Of a stretch of DNA of 64,000 nucleotides, positions 50,268-63,478 are shown one piece after another. The DNA is taken from NCBI RefSeq assembly GCF_044704955.1, contig NC_091985.1, positions 115,382,001 through 115,446,000 on the forward strand, given 5' to 3'. The DNA is from Pristiophorus japonicus (lineage: Eukaryota). The position numbers and the translations under genes are program-made. The stretch's first letter is position 1; each line of letters opens with the position of its first letter. The notes below the pieces were generated by a model that made no database searches, was not told the DNA's origin, and saw only the letters and a list, made by a program, of their open reading frames with translations.

Positions 50268-50830
50268 ATTAGTGCAGACTGAACTACACATTACATACTT
50301 AATCAAGTATCGCAGACAGTACCAGACTGATTGATACAGTATCAATTCCATTAGTGCTACCAGTCCAAAAATTTCATACAGTATCAGACTAAAAGAGAAC
50401 ATGTCAATTATTTAATGCAGCCTGAGCTACACATTAAATACAGGTCCTGGTACGCTCATAATAAAGGATGAAACTGAGTACTGTGTACAATGAGCAAGTG
50501 TGACCTTAGCTCCTTTAATAAGACCCCAGAGTGCAGGTACCTCGTGGGTGGCCTGCTTATATACCGTGCTCCCAAGGAATGCTGGGATCTCTTGGGACTC
50601 CAACAGGAGGCTCTCTGGTGGTAGTGTAATACAGGTTACAAGGGGTTAAATACATAACAGGTCCAAAATTCTCTCAGTATTATAGTGAGACACAGTATCC
50701 ATTCCATTAGTGCAGCCTGCACTACACAATGCATACCAGTCCAAAAAATTCATATATTATCAGACTGAGATACAGTATCCATTCCATTAGTGCAGACTGA
50801 GCTACACGTTACATAGAAGTTCAAAATATT
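50268..50830 (+). repeat. Degenerate ~80-bp tandem repeat, interrupted by a solo LTR
   Basis: Recurring attagtgcagactgagctacaca..ccagtccaaaa..cagactgagatacagtatccattcc. Confidence 0.7.
50448..50659 (-). mobile_element. Gypsy solo LTR
   Basis: TG...taaCA with perfect 5-bp TSD GGTCC; similar to the LTRs at 5110/6872 (gtgtgacc.tag.tcctttaat, ctcccaagg, tacataaca). Confidence 0.88.
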
Positions 50831-51420
50831 GAACAAGCTGGGGTTTTTCTCTAGAAAAGAGAAGGCTGAGCGTTAAACTAATGGAGGTCTTCAATATTAT
50901 GAAAGGGTTTGAGAGGGCAGGCATAGAGATGTTTCTACTTGTGCATTCCTGTGTGTGAGAGGAGCAAAAGAAAGTTGTGAAACTTTTTGTTATATATCTT
51001 AATGGCCTGGAACAAAGCGGGTGCGGGGACAGTGGCATTTGGTGTTCACATCCCCAAATTCTTGAAGGTGGCAGAACAAACTGATAAGACAGACGCAATC
51101 CTAGGATCTAGCAATAGAGGCACAAAGTACAAACTCAATGCACTTGTGCAAAACATTTATAAATCACAGGTTAAGCTTCAGCTTGGATATTGTGTCCAAT
51201 TCTGGGCACCCGCTTTAGGAAGGCTATCAACACTTTGGAGAGAGAGCAGTATAGATTTATTAGAATGGTACCAAGAATGAGGGAGTTGAATTATATAGAG
51301 AGAACAGAAGAGAGAAGGTTAAGGGTAGATTTAACGGAGATGTTCATAATGATGTGGGTTTTTGGAAAATGTAAATAGGGAGTAAATGTTTCTACCGGGA
51401 GGAGAGTCAATAGGAACATC
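50825..51420 (+). mobile_element. Old CR1 3' fragments
   Basis: LGYCVQFWAP; gggtttttctctagaaaagagaaggctgag. Confidence 0.6.
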
Positions 51421-51852
51421 GGAATATAGCATTTCACTCAGAAAAGCAAAGTATGCAAAAGGCTGAGCAAGATCGACGCTGATTGTTTGAGAAAAGTAGC
51501 GGGTGCGGCACAGAGCGCGGCAAAATATTCGCATACAGCTGTAGGAAACCAGGGACAAACGATGGGTTTTAGAAAAAGCGCACAGCTAAATGAAAGGTGA
51601 TACAGAACGTACACGATGCATGTTAGTAGTTCTGCCATATTAATCGGGGGGGGGGGGGGGGGGGAGAGGGTGCATGCCCCTGGTAGTTTAATATATGCGG
51701 TGCATGTTAACAGGTCTGTAGTATAGTAAGAGTGAGTGTGTGCCCCCTGGTGGATTAATGTACATGGTGCATGTTAACAGGTCTGTAGTATAGTTCTGTA
51801 TCACCTTTCATTTAGCTGTGTGCTTTTTCTCAGACCCATCGTCTGTCCTTGG

Positions 51853-52801
51853 TCATAGTCAATGTATTTACTGAGGCGTATGAAAGCATCGGCCTTACGC
51901 TAAACATCCGTAAGACAAAGGTCCTCCACCAACCTGTCCCCGCTGCACAGCACTGTCCCCCAGTCATCAACATCCACGGCGCGGCCCTGGACAATGTGGA
52001 CCATTTCCCATACCTCAGGAGCCTCTTATCAACAAGAGCCGACATTGACGATGAGATTCAACACCGCCTCCAGTGCGCCAGTGCAGTCTTAGGCTACCTG
52101 AGGAAGAGTGTTTGAAGATCAGGCCCTCAAATCCAGCACCAAGCTCATGGTCTACAGGGCTGTAGTAATACCCACCCTCCTGTATGGCTCAGAGGCATGG
52201 ACCATGTACAGTAGACACCTTAAGTCACTGGAGAAATACTACCAACGATGTTTCCGCAAGATCATGCAAATTCCCTGGGAGGACAGACGCACCAACGTTA
52301 GAGTCCTCGACCAGGCCACCATTCCCAGCACTGAAGCACTGACGACACTTGATCAGCTCCGCTGGGCAGGCCACATTGTTCACAGGCCAGACACGAGACT
52401 CCCAAAGCAAGCGCTCTACTCGGAACTCCTTCACGGCAAACGAGCCAAAGGTGGGCAGAGGAAATGTTACAAGGACACCCTCAAAGCCTCCCTGATAAAG
52501 TGCAATATCCCCACTGACACCTGGGAGTCCCTGGCCAAAGACCGCCCTAAGTGGAGGAAGTGCATCCGGGAGAGCGCTGAGCTCCTTGAGTCTCATCGCC
52601 GAGAGTGTGCAGAAATCATGCGCAGGCAGCAGAAAGAGCGTGCGGCAAACCAGTCCCACCCACCCTTTCTCACAACGACTACCTGTCCCAACTGTGACAG
52701 GGACTGTGGCTCTCATATTGGACTGTTCAGCCACCTAAGGATTCATTTTTAGATTGGAAGCAAGTCTTCCTCGATTCCGAGGGACTGCCTATGATGATGA
52801 T
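51853..52801 (+). mobile_element. RTE LINE 3' end
   Basis: GLTLNIRKTKV, LLYGSEAW, LRWAGHI, terminal C..C..H..H finger; tail gagggactgcctatgatgatgat. Confidence 0.92.
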
Positions 52802-52849
52802 AGTAAGGGTGAGTAATACGGCGAGTAATACGAAACTAATACTGAATCA

Positions 52850-55447
52850 GGGACAGGGACTCAATTAAATTAATGTAAGTAAAATAACAGTAATGAAGAA
52901 AATAATGGCACAAAAGAGTGACAAATCCCCAGTATCAGAAGGTTTCCATCCCAGGGATTTAAAGGAAGTAGGTCACCACATTGCAGATGACCCAACTATA
53001 GTCTTTCAAAGTTCTCTCGATTCAGAAACCATTCCTTTGGATTGTAAAATTGCACTCGTCACTCAGCTGTTTAAAAATGGTGAGAGGGAAACTAGGGAAT
53101 TATAGACCAGTTAGCCTAACATCCATTGTCGGGAAATTGTTAGCGTCTATAATTAAGGATAGGGTGACTGAACACCTCAATAATTTTCAGTTGATTAGAG
53201 AGAACCAGCATGGATTTGTGAAAGACAGGCCTGACAAACCTGATTTAATTTTTTGAGGAGGTGACTGAAGTAGTGGATAGGGGAATGTCGGTGGATGTTA
53301 TTTATATAGTCTTCCAGAAGGCATTTGATAAAGTCCCACAAAAGAGACTGTTAACTAAGGTAGAAGCCCACGGAATTGAAGGCAAATTATTGGCAGAGGT
53401 GACTAGTGATGTCCCACAGGGATCTGTGTTGAGGCCTCAACTATTCACTGTATTTATTAATGACTTAGAAGATGGGATAGTAAGTCATATATCCAAATTT
53501 AGGTAGGTAGGTACAAAGATAGGTATTATTGTAGGCAGAGTAGATGGAAGCAGAACATTACATCATCACCATCATAGGCAGTCCCTCGGGATCGAGGAAG
53601 ACTTGTTTCCACTCTTAGCGTGAGTTCTTAAGTCCAATACGAGAACCACAGTTTCTGTCACAGGTGGGACAGCATTACAAAGGGATATCAACAGATTAAG
53701 TTAATGGGCAAACCTGTGGCAAATGTATTTCAATGTAGGCAAATGTGAGGTCATCCACTTTGGACCTAAAAAGGATAGAATAGAATACTTTCTAACGGTG
53801 AAAGGCTAAAAACAGTGGAGGTCGAAAGAGATTTATGTGTTAAGGTACATAGATCATTAAAATGTCATGAACAGGTACAGAAAATAATCAAAAAGGCTAG
53901 TGGAATGCTGGCCTTTATATCTAGAGGACTAGAATACAAAGGGATAGAAGTTATGCTCCAGCTATACAAAACCTGGTGAGACCACACTTGGAGAACTGTG
54001 AGCAGTTCTGAGCACCACACCTTAGGAAAGATATAATAGCCTTGGATAGAGTGCAGCGCAGGTTTACCAGAATGATACCTAGACGTAAACGGTTAAGTTA
54101 TGAGGAGAGATTACACAAATTAGGGTTGTATTCCCTGGAATTTAGAAGGTTAAGGGGTGATCTGCTCGGAATTTTCAAGATATTGAGGGGAACAGAGAGA
54201 GTAGATAGAGAGAATCTATTTCCGCAGGTTGGGGATTCTAGGACATAAGAACATAAGAAATAGGAATAGGAACAGGAGTAGGTCATTTGGCCCTTTGAGC
54301 CCTTTCAGCAAGATCATGACTGATCTTCTACCTCAACTCCACCTTCCCTCACTATCCCCATATCCCTTAATTCCATTCGTTCCCCAAAATTATCGACCAC
54401 TGTCTTGAATATAGTCAATGACTGAGCATCCACAACTCTTTGAAGACATTTCTCCTCCTCTCAGTCCTAAATGGCCGACCCTTTATTTTGAGACGGTGAC
54501 CCCGTGTTCTAGATTCCCAAGCCGGGGGAAACATCTTCTCAGCATTAACCCCGTCAAGCCCCTTAAGAATTTTATATGTTTCAATAGATCATCTCATTCT
54601 TCTAAACTCTAGGGAATATAGGTATAGTCTGCTCAATCTCCTCATCCCAGGAACCAAGCTAGGGAACCTTTGTTGCAATCTCTGTAAGGCAAGTATGCCA
54701 TTCCTTAGGTAAGGAGACCAGAACTGTATACAGTATTCCAGGTGTAGCTTCACCAATGCCCTGTATAATTGTAGTAAAACTTCTTTACTCTTATACTCTA
54801 ATCCCCTTGTAACAAGAGCTAACGTACCATTTGCTTTCCTAATTGCTTACTGTACCTGCATGTTAACTTTCTCTGATTCATGTACAAGGACACCCAGGTC
54901 CCTCTGAATGCAACCATTTCCCAGTCTCTTGCCATTCAAAAAATATTCAGCTTTTTTGTTTTGTTTTTCCTAACCAAGTAGGTAACTTCACACTTCCCCA
55001 CATTGTATTCCATTTGCCATATTCTTGCCCACTCAGTTAACCTGTCTATTTCTCTCTGCAGCCTCTTTGCATCCTCCTCACAGCCTACTTTCCCATCTAA
55101 CTTTGTATCATCAGCAAACTTGGATACGTTACACCCAGGCCCTTCATTTAAATAATTAATATAGGGGGTGTAGTGTAAAAATTAGAGCCAGACCTTTCAG
55201 GAGTGAAATTAGGAAACACTTCTGCACACAAAGGCTGGTAGCAGTTTGGAACTCTTTTCCGCAAAAGGCAATTGATGCTAGATCAATTGTTAATTTTAAG
55301 TCGGAGATTGATAGCTTTCTGTTAACCAAAGATTTTAAGAGATATGGGCCAAAGGCGGGTATATGGATTTAGACCGTAGAGCAGCCATGATCTAACTGAA
55401 TGGCAGAACAGGCTCGAGAGGCTGAATTACTTATTCCTGTTCCTATG
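52850..55447 (+). mobile_element. Decayed CR1 (plus) with nested RTE tail (~53561-53670, minus) and nested CR1 (~54245-55160, minus)
   Basis: NYRPVSLT, FQKAFDKVP, VPQGSVL, LGLYSLEFRRLRGDL; host resumes near 55165. Confidence 0.8.
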
Positions 55448-56162
55448 AATGTGCTGGTTTAATATACCTATAAGAACATAAGAACATAAGAAATAGGAGC
55501 AGGAGTAGGCCATTCGACCCCTCGAGCCTGCTCCGCCATTCAATAAGATCATGGCTGATCTGATCATGGACTTAGCTCCACTTCCCTGCCCGCTCCCCAT
55601 AACCCCTTATCTCCTTATCTTTAAGAAACTGTCTATTTCTATCTTAAATGTATTCAATGTCCCAGCTTCCACAGCTCTCTGAGGCAGCGAATTCCAGATT
55701 TACGATCCTCTGAGAGAAGAAATTTCTCCTCATTTCAGTTTTAAATGGGCGGCCCCTTATTCTAAGATCATGCCCTCTAGTTCTAGTCTCCCCCATCTGT
55801 GGAAACATCCTCTCTGCATCCACCTTGTTAAGCCCCCTCCTAATCTTATACGCTTTGATAAGATCACCTCTCATTCTTCTGAATTCCACTGAGTAGAGGC
55901 CCAACCTACTCAACCTTTCCTCATAAGTCAACACCCTCATCACCAGAATCAACCTAGTGAACCCTCTCTGAACTGCCTCCAAAGCAAGTATATCCTTTCT
56001 TAAATATGGAAACCAAAACTGCACGCAGTATTCCAGGTGTGGCCTCACCAATACCCTATATAGCTGTAGCAAGACTTCCCTGCTTTTATATTCCATCCCC
56101 TTTGCAACAAAGGCCAAGATTCCATTGGTCTTCATGATCACTTGCTGTACCTGCATACTATC

Positions 56163-59100
56163 TGTTATGTATGTATGTAAACCTCACCAATATGTAAGAT
56201 TTACCACCATGGGGCACACCTGTGGGAGACCTAAGGGTCACCTGTGCACACTGGGCAAGCAGGTATAAAAGGTAATGTAACATGCTGCTTCCTCACTCTG
56301 GAGTCACATTAAAAAGACCAAGGTCACAACCGTTTGAGCTTACAATAATAGTCTTGTGGAGTTATTCTGACCATAATAATTGGCGATGAGTAACGGATCA
56401 CGAACTTTCACGTGGTAATGGCTGCCATTGGTATTCTTGAAAGATTTGTTGAGGGTGATGATTGGGAAGCCTTCATTGAGCATCTTGACCAGTACTTCGT
56501 GGCCAACGAGCTGGACACGGCTGAGACGGCGATCAAGCGCAGGGCGATTCTCCTCACCGTATCTGGGTCTTCGATATATGGCTTCCTCAAAAATCTGCTG
56601 GCACTGGACAAACCAATGGACAAGACTTACACAGAGCTGTGCACGCTGGTTCGGGAACACCTCAAGCCGAAGGAGAGCATCTTAATGGGCAGGTATTGCT
56701 TTTACACGCACCATCGCTCCGAGGGCCAGAACGTGGAGAGCTTTGTCGCTGACCTAAGACGCATTGCGGGACAGTGCGAATTTGCAGGATCTTTGCTGGA
56801 AATGTTGCGGGACTTTTTCATGCTTGGAATCAGCCACGAGGTCATTCTTCGCAAACTGTGAATCCCCAGATCTGAGCAAGGCCATCACGATAGACCAGGC
56901 TTTCATATCCACGAGCAACAACATGAAACAGATATCTTCACAGAATTGAAGCTCATCGGCAAGTACTGTGCATAAAATAATGCTTTCAGCAGGCAGAACT
57001 GTACATGGCAGGGCCTACACGACTGCAGAGGCCAGACCTAGGGTGACCCAGAGTCCGCTGTGGGGCATGAATGCGTATCCATTAACACCATATTGGCGCT
57101 GCGGGGCAGTCATAGAGCCCATCAATGTCGATTCAAGCACTATGTGTGCAAGGGCTGTGGAACAATGGGGCACCTCCAGTGAATGTGCAAATGACCTGTG
57201 ACTCATCACGTGGCAGAGTCAGGAGAGGACGACTGATCCAGTGAGGATCACGCTGAATGAGCAGGAGAGGCAACTCAACCTGAGGATGAAGAGGAAGTAT
57301 ATGGGATACACACCTTCACCACCAAAAGCCCTCCGATAATGTTAAAAGTTAAACTCAACGGCACTCCAGTCTCCATGGAATTTGACACGACGGCGAGTCA
57401 ATCAGTTATGAGCCAGAAGCCATTCGAGAGGCTGTGGGGCGACAGAGCACAACGACCCAAGCTGATCCCAATTCAGGTAAAGCTGCGCACCCACACCAAG
57501 GAACTGATACCAGTTATTGGTAGTGCGGACATAAGAGTATCCCATGAGGGAACAGTGCACGATTTACCACTGTGGATTGTTTCAGGTGATGGGCCAGCGC
57601 TGCTTGGTAGAAGGTGAATGGGGGAGATTCGATGGAACTGGGAAGACCTCTATGTACCTTCTCCGGCGAACGACATCTCCCTTGTTCAAAGGCTGAGCAA
57701 CCCCCCACCTGCAGCTGAACCAGGCATCAAAGTGCAGATCCATTTGCAGATCCCTAAGGCACAGACCACTCATCACGACCACGAGGAGGTAAAGATCAAC
57801 TGAGCAGCGGAATAGGCGCGGTACTGAGTCACACTGACCTGGGGTACTGTGTCACTCTGACCGGGGGTGCAGGGTCACACTGACCGGGGGTACCGAGTCA
57901 CACTGACTGGGGTACTGAGTCACACTGACCTGGGGTACTGAGTCACTCTGACCTGGGGTACTGAGTCACTCTGACCGGGGGTATTGAGTCACACTGACCG
58001 GGGGTATTGAGTCGCACTGACCGGGGGTATTGAGTCACACTGACCGGGGGTATTGAGTCACACTGACCGGGGGTATTGAGTCGCACTGACCGGGGGTATT
58101 GAGTCGCACTGACCGGGGGTATTGAGTCGCACTGACCGGGGGTATTGAGTCGCACTGACCGGGGGTATTGAGTCGCACTGACCGGGGGTATTGAGTCGCA
58201 CTAACGTTACCGTCTGTTAACGGCGAACCGCTAGACGGAATGTTGCAGCTTATCCGTCGCAAAGATGAAATGCTCATCCCATCAGATTGCCCCCTATGGG
58301 GCAACCATGCAACGTTGCAAAGAAAGGCAGGGAGGCTACACACAGTCAGTGGTCCGGGGCCTCCATACCATGGCTCAGGATCCACGGGGACCACGTGGCC
58401 TCCTGCCACTACTGAAAGTCTCAAGGCCATATCGGCCATTCTTGGCTTGCCAGACCTTAGGGTCAGCGACAATAGTCCGGAGCGGGCAGCCCAAATCATA
58501 AAGCCAAGCACCACACGTCATGGTAGACTCCCAACAGACCCAGCTACCCCAGGTGCTACGCAGTCACCAGACAGAATCATTCAGAACCGAGCCTTCCGTA
58601 TGCTATCAGCAGAGAATGTACCATGATCGCACGGTAACTCCATGCTACATCAGAATAAATGATGTAGACCATGTTCGTGGCCCCAGATGGGCTGCTAGCA
58701 CTGTAGTAGCCAAAGAGGGGAATAGAGTGTTTGTGATGAAAATGGAGTGTTTGTTGTGAAACCATGTAATGGGCAAACGCAGAAAGCATTTGGACCAGAC
58801 CAAACTGCGAACTACAGATAACCAGGAACCACTGTGAAAGGACCTGGCCCCCAGCGACCCACTAATACAATCGACCTCACCGTCAACCACAAGGATGAAC
58901 CCACCATGTCCGTCAGTCCGATCAGACCAGCCGCGTGGCCGTGCAGCAATGATCCGACCAACTCACCCATGCCAGGACTTCAACTCAGGCGATCGACCCG
59001 GGAACGCAGAGCGCCAGATCGCCTCAACTTGTAAATAACTTGTACATAAGACTTTGGGGGGCTGGGGCGGGCGGGGGAGTGATGTTATGTATGTATGTAA

Positions 59101-59291
59101 ACCTCACCAATATGTAAGACTTGCCACCAGGGGGCACACCTGTGGCAGACCTAAGGGTCACCTGTGCACCCTAGGCAAGCAGGTATAAAAGTAATCTACC
59201 ATGCTGCTTCCTCACTCTGGAGTCACATTAAAGAGACCAGAGTCACAACAGTTTGAGCTTACAATACAGTCTTGTGGAGTTATTCTGAACA
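56163..59291 (+). mobile_element. Non-autonomous Ty3/Gypsy LTR element (gag, protease, integrase remnants; no RT/RNase H)
   Basis: LTRs 56163-~56378 and 59083-59291; perfect TSD CTATC; PBS tggcgatgag at 56381 (tRNA-Ser-like); PPT gggggagtga; gag DWEAFIEHLDQYFVAN; protease [10 protein letters not shown]. Confidence 0.92.
57820..58203 (+). repeat. 23-bp minisatellite, ~17 copies
   Basis: Unit gggggtattgagtc(a/g)cactgacc, head to tail. Confidence 0.95.
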
Positions 59292-59849
59292 CTATCCTTT
59301 TGTGTTTCATGCACAAGTACCCCCAGGTACCACTGTACTGCAGCACTTTTGCAATTTTTCTCCATTTAAATAACTTGCTCTTTGATTTTTTTTCTGCCAA
59401 AGTGCAAGACCTCACACTTTCCAACATTATACTCCATCTGCCAAATTTTTGCCCACTCACTTAGCCTGTCTATGTACTTTTGCAGATTTTTTGTATCCTC
59501 CTCACACATTGCTTTTCCTCCCATCTTTGTATCGTCAGAAAACTTGGCTACGTTACACTCAGTCCCTTCTTCCAAGTCGTTAATATAGATTGTAAATAGT
59601 TAGGGTCCCAGCACTGATCCTTGTGGCACCCCACTAGTTACTGATTGCCAACCGGAGAATGAACCATTTATCCCAACTCTCTGTTTTCTGTTCGTTAGCA
59701 TGCTAATATATTACTCCCAACCACGTGAACTTTTATCTTGTGCAGTAACCTTTTATGTGGCACCTTGTCAAATGCCTTCTGGAAGTCCAAATACACCACC
59801 TCCTGCTGCATGTTAACAGGCCTGTAGTATAGTAAGAGTGAGTGTGTGA

Positions 59850-60460
59850 ACAGTCCAATACGAGAAACACCCAAGGCCCCACCCCATTGCTGGCCAAGAA
59901 TGGGGAAACACTCATCAAGGAGACCAAGACAGTAGGGGCTTGCTGGAAGGAACACTTCGAAGATCTCCTGAATCGAGACTCTGCCTTTGACTCGAATGTT
60001 CTCGACTCCGCCTTTGACTCGAATGTTCTCGACTCTATCCCGCAGCATGCTACCCTCCACCACCTCATTGAGACCCCAACACTGCACGAGGTAGAAAAAG
60101 CCATAAGACAGCTTAAAAACAAGGCTACAGGTGCAGGTGGAATCCCTGCTGAGGCACTGAAGTATGGCAGAGAGGCACTGTTGGCACGAATACATGACCT
60201 CATCTCTCTCATCCGGAGGGAGGAGAGCATGCTGGGAGATCTCAGAGATGCAGTAATCGTGACCATCTTTAAAAAAGGGGACAAGTCCGACTGCGGCAAC
60301 TACAGAGGAATCTCCCTGCTATCAGCCACTGGGAAAGTCGTCTATGGAGCGTCTTCCTCTGTTTCGGATGCCCCCAAAAGTTCGTCACCATCCTCCGCCT
60401 GCTTCATGACGACATGCGGGCTGTGATCCTTACCAACGGATCCATCATGGACCCAATCCA
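59850..60460 (+). mobile_element. RTE LINE internal fragment
   Basis: WKEHFEDLLN, GIPAEALK, GNYRGISLLS; 27-bp tandem duplication near 59977-60035. Confidence 0.85.
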
Positions 60461-60704
60461 AACAATTTCTCTCTATCCACCCGATCAACTCCTTTCATCA
60501 CTTTAAACACCTAAATTTGATCAGTCTTTGATTTTCTATATTCAAGGGAATATAAGCCTATCCTGTGCAACTAATCCTCATATTTTAACACTTTTTGCTC
60601 CGGTATCATTTTCACACTCTCTGTCACAGTTTTTCCCACACACTTAATCTATGAATATCCCTTTACAACTTTTGCTCTCATCTACACTACTTACTACTTA
60701 TCTG

Positions 60705-61532
60705 CCCCTGCGTTGTTACCTCTGGTGTCCCCCAGGATTCTAGCCTTGGTCCCCTCCTATTTCTCATCTACATGTTGCCCCTTGGCGACATCATCCAAAA
60801 ACACAGCATCAGTTTCCACATATCTACCTCATCCCAGCTCTACCTCACCTCCACTTCTCACGACCCGTCCTCAGTCTCTAAATTGTTAGACTGCTTGTCC
60901 AACATCCAGTTCTCGATGAACAGAAATTTTTTCCAATTGAATATTGTGAAGACCGAAGCAATTGTTTTCGGCCCACCACAAATTCCATTCCCTAGTCAGT
61001 GACTCGATCCCTCTTCCATACTTCTGTCTGAGGCTCATCATCATCATCATCATCATAGGCATTCCCTCGAAACGAGGATGACTTGCTTCCACGTTAGAAA
61101 AGGATGAGTTCACAGGTCAACGAAGGACCTATTATTCCAGGTCCAGAACTACATCTTGAATGGTGGAAGATGCCTGTGCATGGATTATTTTAACGTGTGG
61201 TGACCATTGCACACCAGCCACCACACGGGCTTGACAGAGCTAGGTCTTGGTCCAGTGGCATGGGTTATCCAAGACGACTGGAGACCTGCTTTGCTGCATG
61301 GACCTAGTGTGCACACATATCGCAGTGTGGGCTGGCCCGTGCTGCCCCTGGGCCCCTGAGGCTGAACCACACTGTTCGCGACCTTGGTGTCATATTTGAT
61401 TCTGAAATGAGCTTTCAACCACATAGCCACAGCGTAACTAAAACCGCCTATTTCCACCTCCATAACATTGCCCGTCTTCGCCCTAGCCTCAGCTCATCCG
61501 CTGCTGAAGCCCTCATCCATGCCTTTATTACC
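60705..61532 (+). mobile_element. L2 RT fragment with a short RTE-tailed insertion (61036-61355, minus, TSD ctgaggct)
   Basis: [27 protein letters not shown]; insertion starts (cat)n aggcattccctcg and is flanked by an 8-bp duplication. Confidence 0.8.
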
Positions 61533-61639
61533 TCAATTTCGGCCCCAGAATGTTTTAAGCTGCTTTAAAAAGTCAATCTATCCCAGCATTCATTTCTTTT
61601 AACATTTTTAGTGCTGGAACAAATGTGATAAAAAGGAAA

Positions 61640-62076
61640 CTTGTCTCTATATATGAACAACAGGTCCAGGCCAGCGGCCCAGCACCCAAGAGTGGGTACC
61701 AGGCTGCCTGTTGGCAGCCCGGCCGAACCCATGGCCGCCACTGTCGGGCCGACTTCAGAGTCGTTTGACAATTAAAATAAAATGGCGGCCGCGGCGATGC
61801 GCCCCCCCCTTAAGGGCGGACGCACCGCCTAGCCACTGGCAGTTTCCCACCACGAAAAACTGTCGGGGGCACCAAGTGGCTCCACTCCTGCTGGGCAATT
61901 TCCCTCGCGGGCGTAAAGGGGTCGCTGCTGGGAGGTAAGGGGTCTGCGCGTGCCCAACAGGACGGGAACACGGCCTGGGGGTAATTTCGGGTGAGTCAGC
62001 CTATCCACCTGCCGCCGGTCGGAAAGGCGTGACTGCCCCATTTATGGACCTTAAAGAGGGGGGCAACTTCAGCCCC
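61640..62076. mobile_element. GC-rich non-autonomous DNA transposon (Harbinger-like) fragment
   Basis: Ends in gggggcaacttcagcccc; similar end caatttcggcccc at ~61534; gggcg-rich; only one end identifiable. Confidence 0.4.
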
Positions 62077-62721
62077 ATGTTCTTCTCTGACATCGGGAAA
62101 GTATTCTCAGAGGCAGTCGAAGCATGTCATTTAATATAAATGGAAGACCAAATCACTCGCTGTTATTTAAAAAAAACACTCATGCATGAATCATAAACCA
62201 AGTTATTGTCGCCAGACAAACAACCCTTTGTTGCGATGGTAACCACTAAGAAATCCACTAACACCCAGAATCATCACCTCACCGTAAAGAAAGTAGGAAA
62301 CTACTGAAACTACACAATAGGATGAGCAGCATCTCAAAAACAGTTAACCTTTTGATATGTGGATTTTGGTCAGAACTGTAAATGGGAACATGTGAGAATA
62401 TAAAGTGTGGGCATGTGCATAAAAGTGTGATGTTTATATTTAAAGTGTGGTTTGTACATATGAGTGAGATATTACCTATAAACTGTGCATGTGTATTGTG
62501 GGTGTCTACGTAGGAATGTGCATGTTTCATATAAAGTGTAGATGACGATGCAATGATTGTGACGTTGTGTCACTGCATCCATTATAAATATTTTAGCTAT
62601 AACTACATACGTACACAACATTACTGTTGCCAACAAACCGGAAGCTACCGGAAGCTGCGCAGAAGCATTCTGCACATAACTGCCAGGTCCCAAAGCTCGT
62701 TGTTTCTCTTTTATGCTTCAT

Positions 62722-63478
62722 AAGAACATAAGAAATATGAGCAGGAGTGGGTCATTTGGCTCCTTGAACCTGCTCCACCATTTAATAAGATCATGACTGA
62801 TCTGATCTTGGGCTCAGCTCCACTTCCCTGCCCGCTCCCCATAACCCTTTATTCCCTTATCGCTCAAATATCTGTCTATCTCCACCTTAAATATATTCAA
62901 TGACCCCGCCTCCACAGCTCTCTGGGGCAGAGAATTCCAGATTTACGATCCACTGAAATAAGAAATTCCTCCTCATCTCAGTTCTAAATGGGCAACCCCT
63001 TATTCTGAAATGATGCCCTAGTTCTAGATTCCCCCACGAGGGGAAACATCCTCTCTATATCTACTTTGTCGAGCCCTTTCAGTATCTTATATATTTCAAT
63101 AAGATCACCTCTCATTCTTCTAAACTCCAATGAGTATAGTCCCAACCTTTCTTCATAAGTCAACCCCTTCATCTCAGGAATCAGCCTAGTGAGCCTTCTC
63201 TGAACTGCCTCCAATGCAAGTATATCCCTCCTTAAATAAGGAGACCAAAACTGTAAGCAGTACTCCAGGTGTGGCCTTCAGCAATACCCTAAGGGGGCAC
63301 TTGTTTGAAAGTGTTTGGTGTGTCGTCCCACCCCCTCCCTTTAGTCAGGGGGCACTTGATTTAAATGTTTCCTACAAAATAGTTGTATAGTTGTAGCAGG
63401 ACGTCCCTGCTTTTATACTCCATCCCCCTTGCAAGAAAGGCCAACATTCCATTTGCCTTCCTGATTACTTCCTGACCA
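62722..63478 (-). mobile_element. CR1 3' fragment
   Basis: Tail taagaacataagaaata; LGLYSLEFRRMRGDL; ~95-bp unrelated insert near 63290-63385. Confidence 0.88.

Larger units (their letters stand above)
55471..59800 (-). mobile_element. CR1 3' portion, split by the Gypsy insertion at 56163-59291
   Basis: Tail taagaacataagaacataagaaatagg; ORF 55644-56156 continues at 59292-59800 (KFSDDTKMGG, YLDFQKAFD). Confidence 0.9.

Noticed and set aside
51436-51450. cactcagaaaag as a CACTA/EnSpm terminus
   Set aside because: No matching opposite terminus or TSD found
57820-58203. Regular short repeats resembling a CRISPR array
   Set aside because: Head-to-tail units with no unique spacers, in a eukaryotic context with no cas genes
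62080-62720. Non-TE-looking AT-rich sequence that might hold a host exon
   Set aside because: No convincing ORF or splice pattern; partly TG/TA low complexity
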